Shown here: positions 50,870 to 61,213 of the stretch, piece by piece
How the letters are laid out: every line of letters starts with the position of its first letter
Numbering within the stretch: position 1 is the stretch's first letter
Assembly (NCBI GenBank): GCA_963729625.1
Contig: CAVSOU010000011.1
Location: 512,001-576,000 of the forward strand
Direction of reading: 5' to 3'
Length of the DNA stretch: 64,000 bases
DNA from: an uncultured bacterium
Lineage (GTDB): Bacteria > Chloroflexota > UBA5177 > JANWHV01
The notes under the pieces: generated by a model
Database searches by the model: none
The model's input: the letters and a program-made list of their open reading frames with translations, nothing else
What the model was told of the DNA's origin: nothing
Position numbers and translations under genes: made by a program

Positions 50870-51000
50870 TCACAGATCGATCCATCGTCGCTCCGCATCC
50901 GACCTGACCGCCGCATCGATCACCTGCTGACAACGCACGCCGTCCTCGAAGCTCGGGGACATTTGGCGTCTCTCAAGAGCAGCGTCAACCAACAACATCG
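50870..51000 (-). pseudogene. C-terminal remnant of a Gfo/Idh/MocA oxidoreductase
   Basis: LVDAALERRQMSPSFEDGVRCQQVIDAAVRSDAERRWIDL* matches the family C-terminus; rest of the gene absent. Confidence 0.7.
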
Positions 51001-51105
51001 GCGGCATAGAAACAGTCCTTGCAAATGTAGCGTATAAGCGTCGAGCTGACGCCTTAAATCCCTGGCGTGCATTGACTCACTGAGTGAACCAGACTCTGCG
51101 GGCGA

Positions 51106-51825
51106 TCAGCGAGATGTCTCGCTTTCAGCCCTGGCCAGACCGGCGAGGAAAGCATCCAGCCCTGCCGCAAACGCCAGATCGTTGTCGATTCCCTCCGTCT
51201 CCATTCCAGCGGCAACAGCGGCGACAAGAGGATACTCATGTGGCTGAGCGTCCTGTAGACGGGCAGCCAGACCGCCGGCCGGGATCCCGTTCACCTCCGC
51301 CGGCGTGTTTCCCACTTCGAGCAGGACGTAGCCCAGCACGTACGCGGTCAGCGCGGTGGCGATGTTCCAGGCACCGGTCGGACCAAGACCGCCACGTCGC
51401 ATCACGGCGAGAAGAGTCTCGGTTACCCGCAAGCTGCGCGCGCGCGACGGTCGCGACACGACGATCGGCAGCGCCTTTGGATGGCGAAGCAACGCCGACC
51501 GGTACGCGCAGGCGACGTCGCGCACGCGATCGAGCCACGAAGATCCCGTCACAAGGGGTGGAAGCGCTATCTCCGCCAGCACTGCATCGACGACGCTGTC
51601 AAGCAGCTCGTCTTTGCCTCCGGTGTGGTAGTGCACCACGGAAGGCACGACCCCGAGCTCGACGCTCAGGCGACGAAGCGACAGACTGCCGGCGCCTTCA
51701 CGGTCGATCAGGCTCAGCGCCACACGCAGAGCGGTCGCACGTGTGATCGCGGCGGATGGCGAGTCACCCGCTCGGCGCTCGTCTTCAGCTCGACTGACAA
51801 TGCTCGCATCGTCTGATGTAGCCAC
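51106..51825 (-). CDS. TetR-family regulator with a TetR_C domain
   Basis: ALSLIDREGAGSLSLRRLSVELGV...YHTGGKDELL; YRSALLRHP; AYVLGY; RBS AGGAGGAG with GTG start. Confidence 0.92.
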   Translation of the reverse strand: MATSDDASIVSRAEDERRAGDSPSAAITRATALRVALSLIDREGAGSLSLRRLSVELGVVPSVVHYHTGGKDELLDSVVDAVLAEIALPPLVTGSSWLDRVRDVACAYRSALLRHPKALPIVVSRPSRARSLRVTETLLAVMRRGGLGPTGAWNIATALTAYVLGYVLLEVGNTPAEVNGIPAGGLAARLQDAQPHEYPLVAAVAAGMETEGIDNDLAFAAGLDAFLAGLARAESETSR

Positions 51826-52958
51826 GCCGCACTCCTCCTGGCCGCGAGAGATGTGGGCGCCGGTAGCGTTGCTGGCGCGGCGCCCTACACCCATCCTACC
51901 CTGCACGGCTGGTCCTGTCTTTGGTGCTCGGCCATCAACCTCGGCATCCAATTCTACGGTAGCGCCTCTTCCTGCCCTATGGTTTGCCGGTGGCGTGACC
52001 GTGAACGGCCATAGCAGGCGGGCAGCCTGTCAAGGAGCGTTCGCCTTTGCGGCCCACCATGCGCCTTCATGTGCGGGCTACAAGCTCGGGCGGCCTGATT
52101 TCGCACACAGCAACGCGCCGACATCTGTGGCACCTGAGCCGCATCTGTGACATCTGCGCTTCTGGAACACGTCGAACGCAGCGCGTGAAGTAAGCAGGAA
52201 TCGCCCCGCTCGCCTGCGATCAATTGCCGATCATTTGCCCCCGGCCGGACTCTGAGCCGTTGAGGCCGGGTTTCGCGTAGGAGGGGCACGATATGCGCCA
52301 CGGGGCCGTCTTCGCACGCATTAGCGGCGGCATCGACCTGTATATGCTCCCCCAGTAACACTAATCTGCGGTAGGAGAATGGGAGCGGGGTCACTGCCGT
52401 GCCGCTACTATTGACCTGATGGTGCCGAAGCCGGCACTTGCAGAGTGTCCGAAACGGGCTAGCCTCTGCCGAGTTTGGAAGCCGTTCGGCCCCCTCCCCA
52501 CGCTAGTGCTAGGCGATCTCGATGAGAGACCACGCTTTCCTCCATCTGCATGGCGCGCTGCGAGCGTGCAACGCCGTAACCATCAGCTTGACGCGATCGT
52601 TCAGGCGTGAGATGGGGTGCTTTGGGGTTGGCAGGCGAGCCGGCGAAGAGGCAGACGACGCAGGAATCCTCAGGAGGTGGGCAACCACTTTTCTGTCCCG
52701 CAGGCTGGAGAAAAGGCGTGATGTCGGGTAGATGGACGGCAGGCGATAGGGTAGGATGATGGAACCGAGCCACATCTCCATGGACTTTGGCTGCGGTCTT
52801 GTTCTCCCACCCGTGCCTGTGCGGCAGCGGCGCGCTGCAGCTCCGGCCTAGCGTCTTCTGGCTGGATGTGTGCCTAAGGGGTGCCGAAATACATGCACAC
52901 AGGATCAAACTTCAGATTGCCTGGAAGTGAGAAACCCAGAATGGGCCGAGGCTAGCCA

Positions 52959-54377
52959 TTGATCTTCCCGACCATTCAGTTCGCGGCGTTCTTCGCCATC
53001 GTTCTTCCGATCTCCTGGCTCCTCATGCCGCGGGCCAGACTCTGGAAGCTGTTCATCATTGCCGCGAGCTATGTCTTCTACGGCTATGCGGATTGGCACT
53101 TCGTCTTTCTGCTGGCGAGTTGCACGATTTGGAACCAGGCGATGGGCGTCGCGCTGGGCCGTCCAAATGTGCCCGAGCGTGCGCGTACTTTGCTGCTTGG
53201 CCTGGCCCTGGCGGGCGATCTCGGATTGCTCGGATGGTTCAAGTATTACGGGTTCTTTGCCAGCAACTTCGCTACGCTGAGTGCTAAGTTCGGCCTGGCG
53301 GCGCCGCTGCCGCTTCTCCAGGTGGTCCTCCCCGTGGGCATCTCCTTCTACACGTTCCAGGCGATGTCCTATGTCATCGATATCCGCAGGGGGCGAGCAA
53401 AGCCGGCCGGCTGGCTGGACTTCGCTGTGTACGCGTCGTTCTTCCCGCACCTGATCGCCGGACCTATCGTGCGCGCCAGCGAGCTCGTGCCGCAATTTGC
53501 CTCGCCGCGCGACCCCACCAAGATTGAGGCGGCACGCGCGTTTGAGCTCATCGCGGGAGGCCTTCTCAAGAAGGTCGTCCTCGCGGACATGATCGCCTCC
53601 AAACTCGTCGACCCCGTGTTCGGCTCGCCTAACGCGCACTCTCGCATTGACATCATCGCCGCGGTCTATGGCTATGCTATTCAAATCTATTGCGACTTCT
53701 CGGCGTACTCCGACATGGCAATCGGCCTGGCGCTGCTGCTTGGCTTCCAGTTCCCTGCCAACTTCAACAAACCCTACGCGGCGTTGACGCTGCAGGAATT
53801 CTGGCACCGGTGGCATATGAGCCTCTCGCGCTGGCTGCGTGACTACCTCTACATCGGGCTCGGCGGCAATCGAAAGGGACGTGGCCGGACATACATCAAC
53901 CTCATGCTGACGATGCTCTTGGGCGGGCTGTGGCACGGGGCTGCGTGGAACTTCGTGCTTTGGGGCGGAATCCATGGCGGTGGGCTGGCGACCGAGCGGT
54001 GGATTGAGGAGCGACAAGGAACCCGGAAGAGCGGCAGGCCGGTACGCCGACCCGTTCTCCGCTGGCTGATCACGTTTAACGTGGTATGCCTCTCATGGAT
54101 CTTCTTCCGCGCCTACAGCCTGGACACGATCGGCGAGATGTTCAATCGCGTCGCGTACGGCGGCGGTGTCACGACCCTGACAACACCCGTTCTGGCGGCC
54201 ATTCTGGCCGGACTCGCCCTGCAGTTCGTGCCAACCGCTCCCGTGCTCCAGGCGCGGCTGCTGTTCGCCCGCATCGGCCCCGTGCCCCAGGGCATCGTTC
54301 TGGCATCGATTCTGCTCATCAGCGGTGCACTGGTCAGTGGCCAGGGTGTCGCGCCATTTATCTACTACCAGTTCTGA
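52959..54377 (+). CDS. MBOAT O-acyltransferase (AlgI/DltB/PatA-like)
   Basis: LPVGISFYTFQAMSY, FFPHLIAGPI, YCDFSAYSDMA, FWHRWHMSLS, GLWHGA, FIYYQF. Confidence 0.95.
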   Translation: MIFPTIQFAAFFAIVLPISWLLMPRARLWKLFIIAASYVFYGYADWHFVFLLASCTIWNQAMGVALGRPNVPERARTLLLGLALAGDLGLLGWFKYYGFFASNFATLSAKFGLAAPLPLLQVVLPVGISFYTFQAMSYVIDIRRGRAKPAGWLDFAVYASFFPHLIAGPIVRASELVPQFASPRDPTKIEAARAFELIAGGLLKKVVLADMIASKLVDPVFGSPNAHSRIDIIAAVYGYAIQIYCDFSAYSDMAIGLALLLGFQFPANFNKPYAALTLQEFWHRWHMSLSRWLRDYLYIGLGGNRKGRGRTYINLMLTMLLGGLWHGAAWNFVLWGGIHGGGLATERWIEERQGTRKSGRPVRRPVLRWLITFNVVCLSWIFFRAYSLDTIGEMFNRVAYGGGVTTLTTPVLAAILAGLALQFVPTAPVLQARLLFARIGPVPQGIVLASILLISGALVSGQGVAPFIYYQF

Positions 54378-54387
54378 GGGAGTACAG

Positions 54388-55956
54388 GTGTCCGCGCTAC
54401 CCGACACCGAGTTCAAGCAGATACCGCCGATGGTGATGGCCCGCAGAGAGCGGGTCCGCATCGCGCCTGCCCGACCGGTAGCCATAGACTACAGTGCGGC
54501 GCGGGCGCTCTCGCCAACTACCTCGATCCAGAAGGTGTTGCTGACGGTCGGCATCGCCCTTGTATTGGGGCTGCTGCTCAATGCCCGTTCCATCAGACAC
54601 GACGCCGACGGCATGAATGACGGTATCTTTCGGGATGCGACAATCCGCGTGGGAGACACTGCCCTGTGGATCTCCGAGCATACCGGCCTCACTTGGCCGC
54701 GCGACCAGGTGGATGCCGCACTGGGTAACACAATCCAGCCCTCGATACCTCCGCTCCTGCAGATGGACGGCAACGGGGCCCAGACAGAGCTCGATATTCC
54801 CGCCGCCGATCCGCCCATGCAGCAATTCGGCACTCTTGGTGGCGACCCGCGCTTCGGCCCTCCTGTGACTGCAGGGCTCGTCGCCGTCGTCGCGAGGCCG
54901 AGCGCAACACGCGCGCCTCCCACGCCGTCGCAAACACCGCTCCCGACGACCACCGCCGTACCCACCTTCCCGACGAGCACTCCCATACCGAGCGCCACGC
55001 GTGCGACCACCTGCGCCAGGACGCCCGCCTCGACAACATGCGGACGATCCGCGACCAAGGGCCCACTGAGCGCTATCCGGGAACAAAGCGCCGCGCATCC
55101 GGCTTTGAACGGGACGCACCTGGACGAGTCGGCCTGCGCGCGCTTGCCCGCCAGCCCATGCCGGCCCTGGCCGAAATTGCCGGCGGTACCGATCCGCACG
55201 AGCACGCCGCGACCCTCCGCCACGATTCGCGCAACTGCCACCTCGACAATACTGCCGACTGCCACTGCCACCGCCCGGCCTACGATCACCCCGACGGCCG
55301 GACCGCCGCCTCGCGTGGTAACGAGCAACGCCCCACTTCGCCTGTTGGTTACCGGAGACTCGCTCTCGGGCTATCTTGCGCCTGAGCTGGTAGATAGGGC
55401 CGTGGCGATCGCGCCCGTAACCGGCTTCGTGGATACGCACAACGGCACCGGGCTCACGCGTCCGGACTTCGTCGACTGGTCGATCGTCGCGGCACAGCAG
55501 GTTGCCTCTGACAACCCGGACGCGGTGGTGGTAATCATGGGTGGGAATGACTTCCAGAACATGACCATGCCGAACGGCCAGATCTTCCTGGCGGGTACTC
55601 CGGCATGGAGGCGCGAGTACGAGCGTAGGGCCGAGATCTGCATGCGTATATGGACGCAAGGCGGCAGCAAGCGGGTCTACTGGCTGTCTATGCCACCTGC
55701 TCGCAACAGCACGTGGGCGTTCGATGACCATCAGATCAACGCTGCCCTGCAGGCCGCGGCGGCAGCCGTGCCTGGCGCGCGGTTCCTCAATGTTCTGGGT
55801 CCGGTCACCGACCACGGCAAGTATGTCGACTACGTTCACTGGCACGGGAGCTGGCTGCTGATCCGCGAGCCGGACGGCGTGCATCTCAACCAAGATGGCT
55901 CGCTCATCGTCGCGGGCGAAGTCTTGAGTGTGATCGAGCGCGAGTGGCACCTGTAG
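54388..55956 (+). CDS. SGNH/GDSL-family (DUF459-like) membrane-anchored protein with a Thr/Pro linker
   Basis: GDSL, GLTRPD, GGND and DGVH blocks; N-terminal TM segment. Confidence 0.88.
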   Translation: MSALPDTEFKQIPPMVMARRERVRIAPARPVAIDYSAARALSPTTSIQKVLLTVGIALVLGLLLNARSIRHDADGMNDGIFRDATIRVGDTALWISEHTGLTWPRDQVDAALGNTIQPSIPPLLQMDGNGAQTELDIPAADPPMQQFGTLGGDPRFGPPVTAGLVAVVARPSATRAPPTPSQTPLPTTTAVPTFPTSTPIPSATRATTCARTPASTTCGRSATKGPLSAIREQSAAHPALNGTHLDESACARLPASPCRPWPKLPAVPIRTSTPRPSATIRATATSTILPTATATARPTITPTAGPPPRVVTSNAPLRLLVTGDSLSGYLAPELVDRAVAIAPVTGFVDTHNGTGLTRPDFVDWSIVAAQQVASDNPDAVVVIMGGNDFQNMTMPNGQIFLAGTPAWRREYERRAEICMRIWTQGGSKRVYWLSMPPARNSTWAFDDHQINAALQAAAAAVPGARFLNVLGPVTDHGKYVDYVHWHGSWLLIREPDGVHLNQDGSLIVAGEVLSVIEREWHL

Positions 55957-55964
55957 GTTTTGTA

Positions 55965-57122
55965 ATGTCTGGACCTTTGCCCGACCTCTATCCACTTCGT
56001 ACCGATCCCGTCTATCGATACTACGTGTGGGGCGGCACTCGGCTGAGCGATCTCATGCGGAAGCCCACCGGACCGGAAGGTACGCTGGCCGAATCCTGGG
56101 AGATCGGCGACGACGCGCGCATCGCGGAAGGCGACTGGCGAGGCAAGACCTTACGCGAGGTCGACGAAGCGACCGACGGTGGTATCTCGGACGGGGCTCC
56201 CCACTATCCCAATGCCCGCCTGCCGCTCCTCATAAAGCTCTCGGGATCGTCGCAGGATCTGTCCGTCCAGATCCATCCGAACGACGAACAGGCGCTGCGC
56301 GACGATCCCGGGCGCGGTTTTCCCGGCAAGACCGAGATGTACCTGATCCTGGATGCCGAGCCGGGCGCCGGGGTCTACTGGGGGCTGCGCTCCGGCGTCA
56401 CGGCCGAGCAGCTGCGGGAGGCATGTCGCACCGGCCGCGGCGTGCCCGAGCTGATCAACTTCGTGCCGGTGAAGGCAGGCGACGTGCTCTTCTCGCCAGC
56501 GGGCGTCGTGCATGCCCTGGGAAAAGGTATCGTCTTCTGCGAGGTGCAGCAGAACTCGGACATAACCTACCGCCTCTACGATTGGGGCCGCGCCGGGACA
56601 GACGGCAAGCCGAGACCGCTGCACCTGGACCGGGGTATCGCAGTTCTTGACATAAGTCAGCAGCCTCGTGCCGCAATTCGGCCGCTATCGTTGCCTGTAT
56701 CCGACGCCACTGTGCGGCGCACGATGCTTTGCGCTTGCCGCTACTTCGCCGTCGAGCTCCTGGAGTTTTCCGGTGAGGCCGCCGTTGCTGGGAGAGCGCC
56801 GCACGCCGGTGCGGAGCACGCCGATCTGGCCGCGGCCGGAATCGTGCATGCGTTTGGCTTGCGCCGCGCGCGGCAGTCCATGCGCGGCATTGTCGTGCTC
56901 GACGGTGAAGTGGCCGTCGCCGCCAACAGGCGAGTCGTCGTTGCCGGCAAAGGTCGCAGCATTGTGGTCCCGGCGTCTCTCGCAGATGCGGCTCTGGGCT
57001 CAAGCGGCCGGGCTCGCGTGGTGCTGGTGTACGAACCGGACCTCGCGGCCGACGTCGTCGCTCCCCTGCGCAGCCAGGGGCATGCCGCCGAGCTGATAGC
57101 TCAGCTGGGCGAATTGGGCTGA
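55965..57122 (+). CDS. manA: mannose-6-phosphate isomerase, class I
   Basis: VWGG..L, AESWE, PLLIK, LSVQIHP, GKTE, GVVHALG, EVQQNSDITYRLYDW. Confidence 0.92.
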   Translation: MSGPLPDLYPLRTDPVYRYYVWGGTRLSDLMRKPTGPEGTLAESWEIGDDARIAEGDWRGKTLREVDEATDGGISDGAPHYPNARLPLLIKLSGSSQDLSVQIHPNDEQALRDDPGRGFPGKTEMYLILDAEPGAGVYWGLRSGVTAEQLREACRTGRGVPELINFVPVKAGDVLFSPAGVVHALGKGIVFCEVQQNSDITYRLYDWGRAGTDGKPRPLHLDRGIAVLDISQQPRAAIRPLSLPVSDATVRRTMLCACRYFAVELLEFSGEAAVAGRAPHAGAEHADLAAAGIVHAFGLRRARQSMRGIVVLDGEVAVAANRRVVVAGKGRSIVVPASLADAALGSSGRARVVLVYEPDLAADVVAPLRSQGHAAELIAQLGELG

Positions 57123-58030
57123 GACGGCAGATCCCGAGCCAGGGCACGCCGCGCCAACTCGATTGCGCCGAGCATGCCGCACTGCGATCCGAGGTCGGGA
57201 GGAACAATGTACGAATCGATGGCGCCTGGATTCACGGCGGAGTGCCGCAGGTAGCCGTTAGTAATCCGGGTCACACGATCGCGGATGCGCGGGAACAGGT
57301 GCCGCTGCTCCATGACACCGCCGCCGAGCACGACGCGCCGCGGCGACAGCGTGTACATGATATCGGCGACCGCTGTGGCGAGATAGAATGCCTCCAGATC
57401 CCAGAGCGGATCGTCTGGCGCCAGCTCCTGAGCCGGCTTCCCGGCGCGAGCGCCCAGTGCCGGTCCGCTCGCCACACCTTCCAGACAGCGGTCGTGAAAC
57501 GGGCAGACGCCGCGGAACGTATCGCCGGCCACTGCCGGCATGACCAGATGCCCCATCTCGGGGTGGATAAGCCCGTGGAGCGGCGCTCCGTTGACGTACG
57601 CTCCGCCGCCTATACCGGTCCCAACGGTGAGATACACGACCGGATCGACGCCCTGCGCCGCTCCCCACCGGTGCTCGGCCAGCGCGGCGGCATTGACATC
57701 GGTGTCAAAGCCGATTGTCACGCCGAGGCGATCCCGCAGCGCTCCCACGATGTTGAGCTGCTGCCAACCCGCTTTGGGCGTGGACGTGATATACCCGTAC
57801 GTCGGCGACGTTGCATCGAGATCGATCGGACCGAATGACGCGAGGCCGACCGCTGCCAAGCGCCTGTCCGCACCGGCCGTCTGGAAGAAGTCGAACACAG
57901 CCTCCAGCGTGGTCTCAGGGTCCGCGGTAGGAATCGTGGCGACCGCCAGGATATCGAGCGGACCCGTGCCGAGCATGCACTTGAACTTGGTGCCACCGCC
58001 CTCGATGCCGCCATATATGCTGCTCTCCAT
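57101..58030 (-). CDS. ROK-family sugar kinase (fructokinase-like)
   Basis: GGIEGGGTKF, SFGPID, DTDVNAAALAE, TVGTGIGGG, HPEMGH, CPFHDRCLEG. Confidence 0.92.
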   Translation of the reverse strand: MESSIYGGIEGGGTKFKCMLGTGPLDILAVATIPTADPETTLEAVFDFFQTAGADRRLAAVGLASFGPIDLDATSPTYGYITSTPKAGWQQLNIVGALRDRLGVTIGFDTDVNAAALAEHRWGAAQGVDPVVYLTVGTGIGGGAYVNGAPLHGLIHPEMGHLVMPAVAGDTFRGVCPFHDRCLEGVASGPALGARAGKPAQELAPDDPLWDLEAFYLATAVADIMYTLSPRRVVLGGGVMEQRHLFPRIRDRVTRITNGYLRHSAVNPGAIDSYIVPPDLGSQCGMLGAIELARRALARDLPSQPNSPS

Positions 58031-58060
58031 CGTTCTCCCCGTCACGGTACCCGTAACCCT

Positions 58061-59023
58061 CTAGTACACAACCAGCTTGGTAGGCAGCACGACCGTCTGC
58101 TGTGGGCCGCTGTCACCGGCCAAGCGCGCCAGGAGTAGGCGCGCGCCAACGCGACCCATCTCCGCGGGATCGTGCACGATCAGCGCATCGATCGCGGAGA
58201 TCATGTCTGCCAGTTCCAGCTCGTCAAACCCGAGCACCGCGATCTGGGCCTTGCGCGCGATCACGGCGCGGAGCACGCCCACACACGCCCTGTTGTTCAT
58301 GGCGAACACAGCAGAGGGAGGCCTGGCCATCGCCAACAACTGGTGAGCGCATGCTTCCGCCCCGGCCACAGTCCAAGCGCCAAGCTTGATCAGCGACTCG
58401 TCGCACGAGAGGCCGACAGTGGAAAAAGCCGTTCGGTAGCCGGCCAGGCGCTCGCCCGCCGTGTAGAGCGAGAGGTCGTCTCCCACCACTCCGATGCGCC
58501 GGTGGCCTTGCATGACCAGGTACGAGATGCCTTGCTGCGCGCCACCTCGGTTGTCGAGAAGCACGCAGTCGGAAAGCCTGTCCGGCGCTGGGCGATCGAG
58601 AAACACTTTCGGGATGCGACTCTCGGAGCCTGGCCCTGCGCGACCGCTGGCTGGCACGACCAGGAGTCCGGCAATATGCTGCCTGCACAATGCCTTTACC
58701 AGGTCGTCTTCACGCCTGGCATGCTCCTCCGAGCTGCCCGAAACGACCAGGAACCCCGCCTGGGCAGCAACGTCTTCCACGCCACGGGCAATCCCGGAGT
58801 AGAAGGGATTCGCCAAGTCGCCGATGACGAGCCCAAGCAGCGGCTGCGAGTGGCCTCCTCGCAGGCTTCGCGCCACCGCGCTGGGGTGGAACTGCAGCGC
58901 CGTGACTGCCGCCTGTACTCGTTCAGAGGTCTCCGCGCGCACGCCGGGCTCGCCGTTGACCACGCGCGAGACGGTCTTCAGGCTTACGCCTGCCATGGCA
59001 GCCACGTCGCGCATAGTTGCCAT
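58061..59023 (-). CDS. LacI-family transcriptional regulator
   Basis: ATMRDVAAMAGVSLKTVSRVVN, NPFY, DNRGG, GFDE. Confidence 0.96.
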   Translation of the reverse strand: MATMRDVAAMAGVSLKTVSRVVNGEPGVRAETSERVQAAVTALQFHPSAVARSLRGGHSQPLLGLVIGDLANPFYSGIARGVEDVAAQAGFLVVSGSSEEHARREDDLVKALCRQHIAGLLVVPASGRAGPGSESRIPKVFLDRPAPDRLSDCVLLDNRGGAQQGISYLVMQGHRRIGVVGDDLSLYTAGERLAGYRTAFSTVGLSCDESLIKLGAWTVAGAEACAHQLLAMARPPSAVFAMNNRACVGVLRAVIARKAQIAVLGFDELELADMISAIDALIVHDPAEMGRVGARLLLARLAGDSGPQQTVVLPTKLVVY

Positions 59024-59142
59024 ACAGCCCTCATCCCCGGTCCGACCTGCAGCGAACCCACGTGGGCAGAACGAACAAGCCAGTCCGCGACATATCCCAC
59101 CTCGGGACAGCGCGGCTGCCCATCCTCTAGTCTACACCACGT

Positions 59143-59233
59143 TGACAACGTTGTCACCATGCTGCCGCAGCCAGTTGACAACGCCCGGGATGGGTGCCAT
59201 AATAGGGCGCAGTCGTGCAGGACAACGTTGTCA
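59143..59233. promoter_or_regulatory. LacI operators and ABC-operon promoter
   Basis: perfect palindrome TGACAACGTTGTCA (59143-59156); second site GGACAACGTTGTCA (59220-59233); TTGACA-N17-CATAAT (59175-59203). Confidence 0.85.
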
Positions 59234-59344
59234 TGCCGCGTGAGCGCGTGACGGCAGCGCGATTGGCCGCATCGTTGCCCAACACTACTGGCAAACTATC
59301 GACGGCCGGAGGTCGTCTCGCCACGAGCGTCGCGGAGGACTCGG

Positions 59345-60124
59345 GTGGTAGAAGACAATCAACCGATTTTGGAGGCGCGCGGCATCACCCGCAGCTTTGG
59401 GCGGGTGGTGGCCCTGCGCGGGGCGGACTTCTCAGCCAGGCTCGGCGAGGTGTCGGCGTTGGTCGGCGATAACGGGGCCGGGAAGTCGACATTGATCAAG
59501 ATGTTCTCGGGTGCCCTGCAGCCGGACGCCGGGACCATGCTGCTGGAAGGAAAACCAATCACCTTCCACTCGCCGCAGGATGCTCGCCGGCACGGCATCG
59601 AGACGGTCTATCAGGACCTCGCTCTTGCGCCGCACCTCGACGTGACGTCGAACCTCTTTCTTGGTCGTGAAGCGCGTGTCCCCGGACCCCTGGGCAAGAT
59701 AGGCTTTCTCAACGACGGCGCCATGCGCAGGCGCGCTGCCCAGGAAATGGCAAGCCTGCAGATCGGTTTGTCGACCGTGCGGCAGCCGGTTTTCACGCTT
59801 TCCGGCGGCCAGCGCCAGGCCATCGCCGTCGCGCGCGCCACGGCCTGGGGCAACAAAGTCGTGATCATGGATGAGCCCACCGCCGCTCTCGGGGTGAGGG
59901 AATCGAAGATGGTGCTCGAGTTGATCTTGCGCGTTCGTGAGTCTGGAGCCGCCGTGATCATGATCAGCCACAGCATGCCTGAGGTCTTCGAGGTGGCCGA
60001 TCGGATCACCATTCTCAGGCTGGGCCGCACGGTCCGCCAAGTAAAACGCAGCGATTCGACGATGACCGAGGTCGTGGCATTCATGACCGGTGCTGCCGTT
60101 GAGCGACTGGCGGAGATCGAGTAA
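59345..60124 (+). CDS. monosaccharide ABC transporter ATP-binding protein (FrcA-like)
   Basis: GDNGAGKST, ETVYQDLAL, LSGGQRQ, MDEPTAALG. Confidence 0.95.
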   Translation: MVEDNQPILEARGITRSFGRVVALRGADFSARLGEVSALVGDNGAGKSTLIKMFSGALQPDAGTMLLEGKPITFHSPQDARRHGIETVYQDLALAPHLDVTSNLFLGREARVPGPLGKIGFLNDGAMRRRAAQEMASLQIGLSTVRQPVFTLSGGQRQAIAVARATAWGNKVVIMDEPTAALGVRESKMVLELILRVRESGAAVIMISHSMPEVFEVADRITILRLGRTVRQVKRSDSTMTEVVAFMTGAAVERLAEIE

Positions 60125-61213
60125 ATGAGCGTATCAGCTGAGCGAGAAGCAAGCAGTCCCGATCCGGCTCCGCCGGGACCTTTAGCTGGCTACCGTCGCG
60201 CGATTCGACTCGTCGTTCGCGCCAGCAACCTGTATATATTCCTTGTATTGGTCATACTTCTAGGCCTGTTTAGCCTGATCAGTCCCGGTCATTCGTTCTG
60301 GGGCATCACGAACTTCAAGAACATCGCCTGGGACAGCGCGGAAACGCTCTTGCTGGCCATCGGCGAGACCTTCGTGATCATCACCGCCGGCATCGACCTT
60401 TCCGTCGGCACGGTGCTGATGCTCTCAGCCATCGTCGCCTCGTGGGTGATGGCGGAAACCGGCGGCACGTCCCAGCAGGTTGCCAACGGCGTGTTTCCTC
60501 ACGCCGGCCTGGCGATCGCGCTCGGCATTCTGGCTGGACTCGTGGTCGGGATCTTGGCAGGCGCGCTCAATGGGCTGCTGGTGACCCGACTGAAGCTGCC
60601 TGCATTCATCGTCACCCTGGGCACGTACAGCATCGCCTATGGCTTTGCCGAGCTGATCTTCTCGGAAGGCGCGGCGGGCCAGAATGCGATTCCGGTCGGC
60701 CCAAGCTCGTTTGCCAACTCCTTTGGTGCCGACAGCTTGGTCTGGGGTATACCCACGTTGGTGTTCGCGGCGGCAGTGGCGGCGCTGATCGCGCACGTCA
60801 TTCTGACCCGCACGATTTTCGGCCGCCGTACGTTTGCCGTGGGCAGCAATCTCGAGGCATCTCGCCTGGCTGGCGTGCCGGTAAACGTACATGTCTGGAT
60901 GGTCTACGCACTCTGCGGCGGCATGTCGAGCCTCGCCGGCATCTTCGACCTGGCTCGGTACCAGACCATCGATATTTCGGGCCACACGACTGACAACCTG
61001 AACGCTATTGCCGCGGTGGTGATCGGAGGCACCAGTCTCTTTGGCGGCGTCGGCTCCGTGCTCGGCACGGTGATCGGCGCCTTTATCCCGACCACGCTCC
61101 GGTATGGATTCACAATTCAGGGCGTCTCGTCGTTCTGGCAAGACGTTGCCGTAGGAACGATCATTATCTTCGCCGTGTTGGTCGATCAGGTCAGACGATC
61201 GCGCGCTACCTGA
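60125..61213 (+). CDS. monosaccharide ABC transporter permease (RbsC-like)
   Basis: IITAGIDLSVG, PAFIVTLG, AVGSN, IAAVVIGGTSLFGG. Confidence 0.95.
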   Translation: MSVSAEREASSPDPAPPGPLAGYRRAIRLVVRASNLYIFLVLVILLGLFSLISPGHSFWGITNFKNIAWDSAETLLLAIGETFVIITAGIDLSVGTVLMLSAIVASWVMAETGGTSQQVANGVFPHAGLAIALGILAGLVVGILAGALNGLLVTRLKLPAFIVTLGTYSIAYGFAELIFSEGAAGQNAIPVGPSSFANSFGADSLVWGIPTLVFAAAVAALIAHVILTRTIFGRRTFAVGSNLEASRLAGVPVNVHVWMVYALCGGMSSLAGIFDLARYQTIDISGHTTDNLNAIAAVVIGGTSLFGGVGSVLGTVIGAFIPTTLRYGFTIQGVSSFWQDVAVGTIIIFAVLVDQVRRSRAT

